A stretch of 62,815 nucleotides of DNA from Candidatus Woesearchaeota archaeon (GTDB lineage Archaea; Nanobdellota; Nanobdellia; Woesearchaeales; JAGVYU01): assembly GCA_043805595.1 (NCBI GenBank), contig JAZDHV010000027.1, positions 1 to 62,815 on the forward strand, written 5' to 3'. The notes under the pieces were generated by a model. The model had not been told where the DNA came from. It did no database searches and saw nothing but the letters and a program-made list of their open reading frames with translations. A program made the translations under genes and the position numbers. Numbering within the stretch: position 1 is the first letter of the stretch; every line of letters starts with the position of its first letter. Positions 9,047 to 18,258 of the stretch are shown piece by piece.

Positions 9047-9838
9047 CTATTTCTTAATCCTGCAACTACCAGTAGGCATTGCCCTGATCAGGTCATCAAT
9101 CTCTCCGCCGATAAAATACTGGACCTGCTTGGCAATCTTGCCGATCTTTTCATCACCCTGGACAATCTCAACAAATTTCTTGCAATGTTTCTTAACAGCC
9201 TCAACAGGGCCAGCCATAATACTGCCCTTGCTTGTCATGCCGATTGCGACATTTATCTTATTGTCAATATAATTTGTCTTGCCCCTGATCACAAAAGCGC
9301 CTTTTGTAAGATATTCACCTGTATTAGGAGTCTTTGAGACCTGATCAGGAGTTACATAAAAAACAGACTGGGAAGACAATCCTAGCTTGAATGCCTTTGA
9401 AAAAGAGCAGGTAGCATCTGCAACCTCTTTCATCGCTGTCTCACTTGGTTTTTTCCCTTCTGTCTTCAAGACAAAAAAAGGCGAGCCAGACATGTCAGTA
9501 TGAAAGATCAAATCATTGTCTTCAGTATGCTTTTTTATCACAATCTCATTAGATGTCGCGTCCCTTCCCCCAATGACAAGAAATCCATCTGAAGTGATAA
9601 ACCATCTGAATTTCTCATACCACTCCTGCTTATGCTTGACTGATTTCTTCTCTTCCTTCTGCTTTTCCTTTTCAATCTCTTCCAGATTCTTCTTCTCAAG
9701 CTCTTCAAGCCTTTTCCTAGATCTTATTATAGCCTGCATTGCCCCATCTATCTTTCTCTTAGCCTTCTTTGCCTTTTCAAAATAGACTTCAGCATTTTTC
9801 TCAACTGATTTTTTTATGTCAAGCTCAATCTCTGCCAT
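9047..9838 (-). CDS. short NFACT-family (DUF814 / Rqc2-like) RNA-binding protein
   Basis: N-terminal coiled coil, then FITSDGFLVIGGRDATSNEIVIKKH (NFACT-R/DUF814 signature). Lacks the long NFACT-N region. Confidence 0.75.
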   Translation of the reverse strand: MAEIELDIKKSVEKNAEVYFEKAKKAKRKIDGAMQAIIRSRKRLEELEKKNLEEIEKEKQKEEKKSVKHKQEWYEKFRWFITSDGFLVIGGRDATSNEIVIKKHTEDNDLIFHTDMSGSPFFVLKTEGKKPSETAMKEVADATCSFSKAFKLGLSSQSVFYVTPDQVSKTPNTGEYLTKGAFVIRGKTNYIDNKINVAIGMTSKGSIMAGPVEAVKKHCKKFVEIVQGDEKIGKIAKQVQYFIGGEIDDLIRAMPTGSCRIKK

Positions 9839-9910
9839 ATGATAGAAAAAACTAGAGGATTATAAAAATGTTGGGAAAAATTTAAATTATAATGACATTT
9901 TCATCTTCTG

Positions 9911-10303
9911 ATGAAAATATTATTTATATGCAACCAAAACCTAAACAGGAGCAAGACAGCAGAAGAAATTTTTAGAGATAACAAAAACCGAACTATTCCC
10001 CTGCCTAAAGGCAGGGGTATTTATCGCTCGGTTTTTGGGATTGAAAACCCTCAAAAATGCTTCGCATTTTTTGGGCACCAAAAACCAATGGTTTTTGAGT
10101 GTTCCGACCTAAAGGTCGGGATATTAGACCCAATAGAAAATTCCGACAAGAGAGTCGGAATTTTCAATAAATATGAAACCAAGTCAGCAGGACTTTACAA
10201 TGATAAACCTGTGATAAAATCAGAGATATCATGGGCTGATCTGATAATAGTTATGGAAAAAGACCATAGGACAGAATTATCAAAAAGATTTCCAAAAGAA
10301 TAA
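9911..10303 (+). CDS. small LMW-phosphatase-like protein (COG4551-like), N-terminal piece carrying a 186-nt in-frame insertion
   Basis: MKILFICNQNLNRSKTAEEIF and SAGL...WADLIIVMEKDH match the family. Residues 25-86 are foreign. Ends at an in-frame TAA. Confidence 0.6.
   Translation: MKILFICNQNLNRSKTAEEIFRDNKNRTIPLPKGRGIYRSVFGIENPQKCFAFFGHQKPMVFECSDLKVGILDPIENSDKRVGIFNKYETKSAGLYNDKPVIKSEISWADLIIVMEKDHRTELSKRFPKE
9983..10168 (+). repeat. hairpin-module insertion inside the phosphatase-like ORF
   Basis: Stacked perfect hairpins CCCCTGCC/GGCAGGGG, AAAAACCGA/TCGGTTTTT, CAAAAACCA/TGGTTTTTG, CCGACC/GGTCGG and GAAAATTCCGAC/GTCGGAATTTTC. Length is a multiple of 3 and it contains no stop codon. Confidence 0.7.
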
Positions 10304-10408
10304 ATGAAAAAAAGAATCCTATGTCTGGATATTCCTAATGTTTACTCTTATATGCAGCCAGAACTGGTTGAAACATTAAATAAGAAATTTAAAGAAGTAT
10401 TGTGCTAA
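10304..10408 (+). CDS. C-terminal piece of the same phosphatase-like protein
   Basis: The ATG follows the TAA directly and in the same frame. MKKRILCLDIPNVYSYMQPELVETL matches the family C-terminus (LDIPD.Y.YM.PEL). Confidence 0.5.
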   Translation: MKKRILCLDIPNVYSYMQPELVETLNKKFKEVLC

Positions 10409-10563
10409 AAAGTTATTGCAGCCATTCTTCAAATTGCCTAACTGCTGATTCTAAATCCCTAAAAAACTTTGCCTCTGATACAGACATTTCAGGCAATTTT
10501 TTAGTAACTTTGAACAAATTTCCTTTATCACACTTTAATTCTTTAATTGTCACTTCCTATTTG

Positions 10564-11682
10564 CTATTCGATTTTCTTATCGATATAACCCCTGCCCTCA
10601 ACCAACCTGTCAAAGTTATCATATGTTTGATCGAGATTTAGCCGAGTTTTCTCATTCATCCCTCTCAAAGACCTGTTGAAATGGGAATACAGATGGCCAA
10701 GAGGCTGCATATTGAACAAAGACATTGCCTGCTGTGATCCTTGCATGTAATGATTAAAAAATGACTCTGAAAACCCGCCTAATAATTTCAAAGTCTGGTC
10801 CATATTGACAGCTTCTTTTGAAGCCTGAATCCCATAGACAAATCCTGGAAGAACAACACCAAGATGATCTGTCATCCTTTCAAGGCTAGTACAGATATTC
10901 TGGCAGGCAGTCCCGAGATTATGCATATGAGTGTATAATTCGCTCACAATATCTGAACTCCAATCAGTATATACCATATCAATGTTTGAATTAAGCATAG
11001 CCCTTGCTTGCTCAAGGTCAACTGCTCTCAGGTCAAATAGGGCTTTTTTTAATCTGACCCTCTGATTAGGTGTCAAATCTCCATTGTTTTTGGATGCATG
11101 CAAAAGGGAATCATAAGAAACATCATATCTTTTACTTTTTAGTTTATCCCTCTTATCAATCAAACTTGCTACCCTGTCCAGCTGCCTGTGCCCATACTCA
11201 CTCAAGTCTTCAAGATGGCTCTCACACATAAACAGCACACTCTGGAAATCAAGCCTTAACTGGTCAGCATTACCAATATGGGCTGAAACCAGATCATAAA
11301 GGTTAGTAGACCCACTCCTTCCTGCAACATAAGATGCAGCCCTTTGATAGCCTCTAAAGCATGTACCGACTGGATTCTGCATATTCTCAAAAACAAGCCT
11401 TCTCATGACCCTTGTATTATTTTTTGCAAAACGCCTGACTCTTGGCCCTGAATCAATATAAACTTGGGCAATCCCATGATGACCTACAATTGACAAGTCA
11501 CTCCTGTCAGCCAATCTCTTATAAGGTGAACTTGATCTGTTTCCATTCCTTGGCCTAATTCCTTTTGATTCAATAAGCTCTTCTGCCTGAGCCAACAATT
11601 CATCTAATTCAACTGGCCTGATCTCATCAGTGCCATCACCTGAACTGTCATCATCAACAGCCATTTTACATTTACTCCCCAT
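10564..11682 (-). CDS. hypothetical protein (orphan, 372 aa)
   Basis: GGGAGGTGG Shine-Dalgarno-like sequence 5 nt before ATG 11682. Overlaps the upstream small ORF by 11 nt. Confidence 0.65.
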   Translation of the reverse strand: MGSKCKMAVDDDSSGDGTDEIRPVELDELLAQAEELIESKGIRPRNGNRSSSPYKRLADRSDLSIVGHHGIAQVYIDSGPRVRRFAKNNTRVMRRLVFENMQNPVGTCFRGYQRAASYVAGRSGSTNLYDLVSAHIGNADQLRLDFQSVLFMCESHLEDLSEYGHRQLDRVASLIDKRDKLKSKRYDVSYDSLLHASKNNGDLTPNQRVRLKKALFDLRAVDLEQARAMLNSNIDMVYTDWSSDIVSELYTHMHNLGTACQNICTSLERMTDHLGVVLPGFVYGIQASKEAVNMDQTLKLLGGFSESFFNHYMQGSQQAMSLFNMQPLGHLYSHFNRSLRGMNEKTRLNLDQTYDNFDRLVEGRGYIDKKIE

Positions 11683-11929
11683 CTGAACCACCTCCCAGGT
11701 ATTTAGCATGAAGATCCTCAAGAGTATCCTCAATCCTTTCTGGATGAGCAGCATACTCCTTGATAAAAGACATGACCTTAAAGTCAATCGAATCAAGACG
11801 TTCAACACTTGTCTTTATCTGAGTAATTTCCTCATGTGTCCTATGCCTCTGATAGAGCATACCTGAATAAAATATAAGGCCAATAAGCCCAACATTATAC
11901 AATGTCTTGAATAATTTCATATTGATCAC
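11672..11929 (-). CDS. small membrane-anchored protein (hypothetical)
   Basis: 85 aa with one N-terminal TM helix (LYNVGLIGLIFYSGML). Translationally coupled to the downstream ORF. Confidence 0.55.
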   Translation of the reverse strand: MINMKLFKTLYNVGLIGLIFYSGMLYQRHRTHEEITQIKTSVERLDSIDFKVMSFIKEYAAHPERIEDTLEDLHAKYLGGGSDGE

Positions 11930-11942
11930 CTTTTCATAAATT

Positions 11943-12150
11943 CTAAAGAACCACCAGTCATAGACTGGTGGGATTCATCAATTCAACATCCACTACATCT
12001 ACGGACTGGTGGTTCTTAGTGCTCAGAAATTTTAATAAAATTTCTGGCATGCCAAAAATGCTCTGCATTTTTGAGCATTTTTCTGATTCCAATATTGGGA
12101 ATGGCTTTCGGCCACCAGTTAAAAACTGGTGGAAAATTTCTGACATTTTA
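11943..12150 (-). repeat. Hairpin-rich repeat element, family 2, copy C
   Basis: Shares both ends with copies D and E: GAACCACCAGTCATAGACTGGTGGGATTCA... and ...ACTGGTGGAAAATTTCTGACATTTTA. The central part differs. Confidence 0.8.
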
Positions 12151-12331
12151 ATTTCAAGAAAACATAATAGTATAGGTCCTTAAAAACAGTATGCCAAAAT
12201 AAACCGAAAAAGATTGTTAGAAAGCGAAATGGTTTCGATCCTGATAAAGGATTTTTGATATACACTTAAATAACTGAAAAAAATTCAGAATTGATAAAAT
12301 ATTTATGCCAAAATATGCTTATTGACTATGC

Positions 12332-13990
12332 TTATTGACTAATATTTTGCCTATTATGCCTCTTTCTAGCAACTCTTTCAAAAAAATCGCCAACCATTCT
12401 TAATGATGGTATGTGATAAAATAAGCTTGCAGGAAATCCAAACTCTCTCAATACCCAATCTTCAAAAACAAGGCCGCCTAATCTCTGGCCACTTGACATC
12501 TTAAGAGCAGCATATCCTTTTGATCTCCAATTCAGACCTTTAGAACCTCCATTCATCAGAAGAGTTCCAAATCCACCAATTATATTAGCCTGATTAAGCC
12601 ATGGTCTTATTTCCCTATAAACCTCTTCTAGAGTCCCATCAGAAACTAATTCATCCAATTCTACCATTGTCTTAAAAATCTTGCCAAGTTCAGATCTTTC
12701 TGAATCTGACATATAATTCAATCTCTTACTTTTTAATGCAGAAGCAATAGGATGAGCACTATCAGGATTAACATATGATTCAGGATTGATTTCAACTAAT
12801 CTCATCAAGTTTGGACCTAGTATAGCACAACTGTTCTCGATTGATCTTGAGGGATCATAACCAGTTGGATTCCAAGCATAATCTGCGCATGTCAAGCCTG
12901 ATATCAATGAAGCATAAGGAATCTCCATAAAATTGAATACAATACCTCTTAAATGAGATGGCAAATCCTTATCAAGTCCAATCAGAGGCCCGACTGTAAC
13001 CCTTCTCTTCTTATCCATCTCATCAACAACTGGAAAATTGTGGCCAAGAAGAGGATACCTCCTTATTAGTTTAGCAAATGCATCTGCATCCTGAACTGTG
13101 ACTGTCTCACTTCTGATCTTTGGACCTGTCCAACCAACAACAATCTCAGAAATAAGATTCTCCCGAATAGCCTGAAGATAAGGAGAGTCTTTTATTCCAT
13201 GATATTGGACAGGATTGAATGCCAAAGAATAAGGATTTAGACCACTTTCACTAAAAAACCTGTTTAAAAAATTGATCTGCCTTAAAGCTGCTTTTTGTTT
13301 TCTTTCTTTTTTGCCGGAATAATCGTCAACATCATCAAATGCAATGATAATATCATCAACACCAATTTCCAATAAATCCCCGGACCTTTTTAATAATGTT
13401 TGATAATCTTTATCTAAACCAAGATCAATTCCAATTGGTAGGAATTCAAATGCAAGCCTAACCCTTTGATTATGGCAATGATTAACAAAATCCTGAAGAT
13501 GCTTAAGATATCTATCTGAAAAAGGATCTCTCCAATTCACTTTCTGGCTTATGTCACATGGTGCCAATACAAATTGATTGAATCCATATTGTGCACAAAA
13601 ACCCACAATATCAGTCCTTGCCTTCCAAGTCCAAGGCACGCCATAAGCTTTTTCCATAACACCCCTCAAAGAGAATGCTGGCCTGTCAACAATCAATAGA
13701 TCAGGAACTTGATTACCCCTATTCCTCATGATTCTTCTTGCAGTATTATTTCCATAAAATTTACCATGCTCAGAACTTGAATACACTAAAACCATGTCAC
13801 CTTTAGTCCTGATAACATAACCTTGAGAAACAAAATTTGGAGAATCAAATGTGCCTGTATGATCTTGAATCTCTGTTCCAGTCAGAACATCAGCAATATC
13901 TCGGGGGTTTCCTATCCCTCTGCACTGATATTGCACATCAGGATTTTCCCTGCAATAAAGCGGTCTTGGCAATAAAGTTTCTGCTATCAT
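12332..13990 (-). CDS. GH84-like beta-N-acetylglucosaminidase (O-GlcNAcase family)
   Basis: FSLRGVMEKAYGVPWTW, FVLAPCD and the catalytic-type IIIAFDDVDD match GH84 signatures (RG..EGFYG.PW, YAPKDD, FDDI). Confidence 0.75.
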   Translation of the reverse strand: MIAETLLPRPLYCRENPDVQYQCRGIGNPRDIADVLTGTEIQDHTGTFDSPNFVSQGYVIRTKGDMVLVYSSSEHGKFYGNNTARRIMRNRGNQVPDLLIVDRPAFSLRGVMEKAYGVPWTWKARTDIVGFCAQYGFNQFVLAPCDISQKVNWRDPFSDRYLKHLQDFVNHCHNQRVRLAFEFLPIGIDLGLDKDYQTLLKRSGDLLEIGVDDIIIAFDDVDDYSGKKERKQKAALRQINFLNRFFSESGLNPYSLAFNPVQYHGIKDSPYLQAIRENLISEIVVGWTGPKIRSETVTVQDADAFAKLIRRYPLLGHNFPVVDEMDKKRRVTVGPLIGLDKDLPSHLRGIVFNFMEIPYASLISGLTCADYAWNPTGYDPSRSIENSCAILGPNLMRLVEINPESYVNPDSAHPIASALKSKRLNYMSDSERSELGKIFKTMVELDELVSDGTLEEVYREIRPWLNQANIIGGFGTLLMNGGSKGLNWRSKGYAALKMSSGQRLGGLVFEDWVLREFGFPASLFYHIPSLRMVGDFFERVARKRHNRQNISQ

Positions 13991-14105
13991 AATATTTATT
14001 CCAATATGGTTTATATGTCAAGAACACACAAGTTTTTATAAATTTATATATTCTTAACTTTAGTATAGAAAAGATTTTAAACTAATTCCTACATTTTCAT
14101 AAATT

Positions 14106-14759
14106 ATGGACAAGATAATTGTATTTGATTTTTCAGGGACTTTGATCAGAAAAGACATTGCCAAAGAAGCAAGCAACAGAAGGTTTGCAATGCTTGGAAA
14201 AGAAGTAGACCAGGATTGGCTAGAAAAAGCACTGGCAACAAATGAGCATTATGCTGTCAATAATGAGATAATATCAAAATACACTGGTATCAAGGAAAAA
14301 GAAAAATTGAATGAAATGAGCTCAAGCTTTTTCAAGTATCATATGCTTGCGTTAGCAAATGAGAAAAAAGAAGGAATATTTCAAGAGGGGATTCTTGATG
14401 TTATCCAGAAACTGAAGAAAAAAGACCTAAAGATAGCTATTGTCAGCGGAATAAGGACTGATATAATAGAAAATGTGCTTGAGATTGCTGATATGAGAAG
14501 CAGATTTGACTTTGTCCTTGGACAGCCGCCAGAATTGGGTGTGTCAAATGAGGAATTGCTAAATAAGCTGAAGGAAAAAGGAGAGATAAAATATTTTATA
14601 GGAGACAAGATAAATGACATCAATGCAGGGAAAGCAATCGGAGCAAAAACAATCTTTGTGACATGGGGGCATCCCACAGGAGAAGAGGAGAAAAAAGCTG
14701 ATCATATTGTTGAAAATCCAGAAAAAATCATGGAAATCATTGAATCTGAAAAAGAATAG
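14106..14759 (+). CDS. HAD-superfamily hydrolase
   Basis: Motif I VFDFSGTL, motif II IVSG and motif IV GDKINDINAG. Confidence 0.85.
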   Translation: MDKIIVFDFSGTLIRKDIAKEASNRRFAMLGKEVDQDWLEKALATNEHYAVNNEIISKYTGIKEKEKLNEMSSSFFKYHMLALANEKKEGIFQEGILDVIQKLKKKDLKIAIVSGIRTDIIENVLEIADMRSRFDFVLGQPPELGVSNEELLNKLKEKGEIKYFIGDKINDINAGKAIGAKTIFVTWGHPTGEEEKKADHIVENPEKIMEIIESEKE

Positions 14760-14848
14760 TTGAAGAAAAGACATAAGAAATATAAGATAGAAAATTAGAA
14801 AGAAAACCTCAGTTCCAATAAAAAATCCACACCACATTAGGCTGCAGA

Positions 14849-14962
14849 GCATGAATCCAATTTAAGCAATCAAAGAAGCGATTAAAGCATGAAGCCATTT
14901 TGAGCAATCAAAGAAGAGATCAAAGAATAAATCCAATTTAAGCAATCAATGAACTGATCAAA
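14849..14962. repeat. 3 x 38-nt tandem repeat
   Basis: Units GCATGAATCCAATTTAAGCAATCAAAGAAGCGATTAAA, GCATGAAGCCATTTTGAGCAATCAAAGAAGAGATCAAA and GAATAAATCCAATTTAAGCAATCAATGAACTGATCAAA. The last unit overlaps the stop of the DUF1003 gene. Confidence 0.85.
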
Positions 14963-15530
14963 GATTCTTAAGAATAATATTCAGATTTGAATCATTATGC
15001 CTTGCCTTCTTGATCCTATCCTTATGCACATGATGAATCTCATAAATCATCCTTTTCAATAATTTCACTTCCTGCTGCATCTGCTGGATCTCCCTCTCAG
15101 CTTTCCTGTTCACCTGATAATCATAGCTTGCATTTATCCTGTCCCTTTCTGCAGCCCTATTCTGGCTCATCAAGATTACAGGAGCCTGCATGCCTGCCAA
15201 GACAGAAAGAATAAGGTTCAGCAGTATGAATGGATAGATATCCCACCTATAACTGACCATCAAGATATTTAAGATTATCCAGACAATCATAAAAAGGATC
15301 ATAAAAATAATGAAAACCCAGCTGCCTGCCCATTTAGCAATAAAATCTGCAGCCTTTTGACCAAGAGTTAGTTTTTGGCCTAAAGTAGGATGATTAGAAT
15401 GTTTGTGAATAATGCTTTTATTAACATAGTTATGATTATTTTTTATTGTCTTATGGTTTGTACCTCTTTTCTGAATATTAATATTTTCAATTCTATTCCT
15501 TATTGAAGGTTTAGCACTTTTCCTTACCAT
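14958..15530 (-). CDS. DUF1003-family membrane protein
   Basis: Two TM helices, then SQNRAAERDRINASYDYQVNRKAEREI, the characteristic DUF1003 core. Confidence 0.8.
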   Translation of the reverse strand: MVRKSAKPSIRNRIENINIQKRGTNHKTIKNNHNYVNKSIIHKHSNHPTLGQKLTLGQKAADFIAKWAGSWVFIIFMILFMIVWIILNILMVSYRWDIYPFILLNLILSVLAGMQAPVILMSQNRAAERDRINASYDYQVNRKAEREIQQMQQEVKLLKRMIYEIHHVHKDRIKKARHNDSNLNIILKNL

Positions 15531-15639
15531 AACTGGAAAATAGATATTTTCCTATATAAATTTTGGGTTTTTAGAAGGAGAAAAGGCAGAGTGATCTATA
15601 CAAAAGATTTAAAAACTTTTGATATTAGAATTGTTTATT

Positions 15640-18099
15640 ATGGCAGATTATCATGAGGCAAAGCCAAACAAGAATGCTTTTATCTATTATCCTTTTATAA
15701 AGTCAATTTTTTTAGCATTAGGCATCTTCTTAATAATACTGGGGATAACATTTGCCATAATCCCAATAATGAATGTCATCACTTTCTTTATATTGCTGAT
15801 AATTGTCCTAATCTACCTTTATTCCCTGAATGTCCAATACAGGAAGCAGAAGATATTGTTCTATTCAGACAAGATCATCATGAAAGGTGGCGGGATCTTC
15901 TCAGATTTTGAGAATGAGCTAATTGTAAAGAACATCACTCATGTAAACCTTATCCTTCCATATATTGAAAACAAGATTTTCAGGACTGGAAGCGTGTACA
16001 TTGAATCTGCTGGAAGCGGAAGGATAGAGATATCATTGAATTCATTTGACAGGCCTAAAGAGATGTATGAATATATGATGAAGCTCATGAAGATGAATGG
16101 ATTCAAGCTGACACAAAAAAACCTGATAATGCAGGAGACACCAAATACTTTAGGCGCGTTTTTTGAGGTTTTCAAATCATTCTCTGGAATCATAATTTTC
16201 CTATTGTATTTTGGGGCTGCTTCAACTTCTGGGCTCAATGCATTAAGAAATCTCTCTCCAGGAATCCAAATGCCAATATTGACAGCAATATTCCTGATTC
16301 TGGCAATAATAATCCTTTATTTGATAATAAGATTTCTAGACCTGAAAAAAAGAGCCTATAATGTGTACAGTGACACAATTACTTATACAGAGGGATTTCT
16401 TACAAAACATTACTCATTTATCCCAGTTGAAAATCTTGCAGATGCTGAATTGACACAGACTTTGATTGACAAGATATTTGGTTTATATGATGTCAAAATC
16501 AGCTGCCAGGGTTCCGGACAGGAGATACTTTTCAAAAATATGGTCAATGGGGAAAAGATGGAAAAAGCCATTGACAGCCTGATTTCAAATAAAAGATCAG
16601 TTATTAAGGAGGATAAAAAATCACACGTACCATCAAAAATAGTTGAGAAAAGGCAGGCAATGGCTGCCAAGAAATCAATTCCAAATGCCTCTTTTTCAAT
16701 AGAGCTGACAATGGACAGAAAAAGGACCCTGATACCTTTAATAGTCATATTTTTCATTGCCATAATTGGGGCTATCATATCACTCATCTTCACATTAGCA
16801 GGGCTAGTTGCAATATTCTATGCAGGATTATTCATTGGAATTGCATTTGTCACCAATATCATAAGGATGGCTTTTACAAAATTCAGGATTAACAAACAGA
16901 GTGTTGAAGAGAGATTTGACTTTATCACCCAAAAAAATATTGAGTTCAGCAATGACAATATCACAGGCATTGTTGTAAGGGAAAGCATCATTGACATGAT
17001 GTTCAACACAATGAATGTTGAATTCTGGTCTATCGGATCTTCTCAATCAATAAAATTCAGGAATATAAAGAAGAGACCAGGATTATTGAACAAAATTATA
17101 TCCAAATTAGGGATTGAAGATGAAAAAGGGATATATCATATTGGCTCAGTATTCAAGATCATGGATTTTTTCAAAGCAACCCTATTTATTTCATTTTTTG
17201 CATTATTAAGCATTATACTGCTGTCAATAAGCACAGCCATGATCAATCCACTCTTATTTTTGCCCATAATCTTAATATTAATATTGTATACAGGCATTAT
17301 AGGGTATAGGAGCATTTATTACAAAAGATCAAAAATGGATTTTTTTAAGACATATGTTTATTTCACAAGAGGGATATTCATAAGAGAAAAGTTTTTTGTC
17401 TTGCATGACAATATCAAGGACATAACAACTGTGCAGTATCCATTCTCACAAAAAGGAAAGATCACATTTGATGTTTCTGGAGAGACATTAGTAGGACAAG
17501 GAAATAACCAGACATTAAAATCAAACAGTTTCGCTATAAATTATGCAGATAATATAATCATTAAAGATGACCTGATAGACATCATTTTCCTGAAAAGGCC
17601 GTCTGCACAGCAGATAAGCATGATAGAGAATAAGCCTGGCCAATATGCAAAGGATATCTTAACTGAAAAACCAATGGCAAGAAACACAATGGTGCCATTA
17701 TTAATCATTTTAGGAACATTAAATATAGTATTTCTCTTTCCGATCATCTTATTGTTCTCAATTGTTACTCTTAACATGATGATAATATTAACATTTGGAT
17801 CAGCATTACTGATCCTTGATTTCATAATAATACACTTAACATATCTGAGCATCAGAATGAGGTCATACATAATTCAGAATTACAGGATATTGTCAAAATC
17901 CGGGATATTCTATAAAAAACAGGTATCAATCATCTATGGAAAAATAAACCATATAAGCTATACGCAAGGAATACTAAACAAGATGTTCAATAATGGCAAT
18001 GTCCAGTTGTTCACAACTGGAAGCAGCAATGTTGAATTAAATCTGAGAGACATGAAAGAATTCAGCCAATTCTATAGTCAATTGAAGAGATTCTATTGA
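15640..18099 (+). CDS. large multi-pass membrane protein with repeated bacterial-PH (YdbT/DUF304-like) modules
   Basis: Alternating TM hairpins and roughly 80-aa soluble modules, for example ITHVNLILPYIENKIFRTGSVYIES and INHISYTQGILNKMFNNGNVQL. ATG 15640 is preferred over TTG 15619. Confidence 0.7.
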   Translation: MADYHEAKPNKNAFIYYPFIKSIFLALGIFLIILGITFAIIPIMNVITFFILLIIVLIYLYSLNVQYRKQKILFYSDKIIMKGGGIFSDFENELIVKNITHVNLILPYIENKIFRTGSVYIESAGSGRIEISLNSFDRPKEMYEYMMKLMKMNGFKLTQKNLIMQETPNTLGAFFEVFKSFSGIIIFLLYFGAASTSGLNALRNLSPGIQMPILTAIFLILAIIILYLIIRFLDLKKRAYNVYSDTITYTEGFLTKHYSFIPVENLADAELTQTLIDKIFGLYDVKISCQGSGQEILFKNMVNGEKMEKAIDSLISNKRSVIKEDKKSHVPSKIVEKRQAMAAKKSIPNASFSIELTMDRKRTLIPLIVIFFIAIIGAIISLIFTLAGLVAIFYAGLFIGIAFVTNIIRMAFTKFRINKQSVEERFDFITQKNIEFSNDNITGIVVRESIIDMMFNTMNVEFWSIGSSQSIKFRNIKKRPGLLNKIISKLGIEDEKGIYHIGSVFKIMDFFKATLFISFFALLSIILLSISTAMINPLLFLPIILILILYTGIIGYRSIYYKRSKMDFFKTYVYFTRGIFIREKFFVLHDNIKDITTVQYPFSQKGKITFDVSGETLVGQGNNQTLKSNSFAINYADNIIIKDDLIDIIFLKRPSAQQISMIENKPGQYAKDILTEKPMARNTMVPLLIILGTLNIVFLFPIILLFSIVTLNMMIILTFGSALLILDFIIIHLTYLSIRMRSYIIQNYRILSKSGIFYKKQVSIIYGKINHISYTQGILNKMFNNGNVQLFTTGSSNVELNLRDMKEFSQFYSQLKRFY

Positions 18100-18258
18100 A
18101 AATCTAATGCAAATATTTTGTTAAAATTAAAAATTCTTCAAGATATGATTCTTTTTTTAGAAACTTTTTTGTGTATCCAGAACATATCCAATTTCTGAAA
18201 AAATCCTCCGAAAATTTCGCGTAAACGCATTTTAAGGACCTATGACAATGAAAAATGC

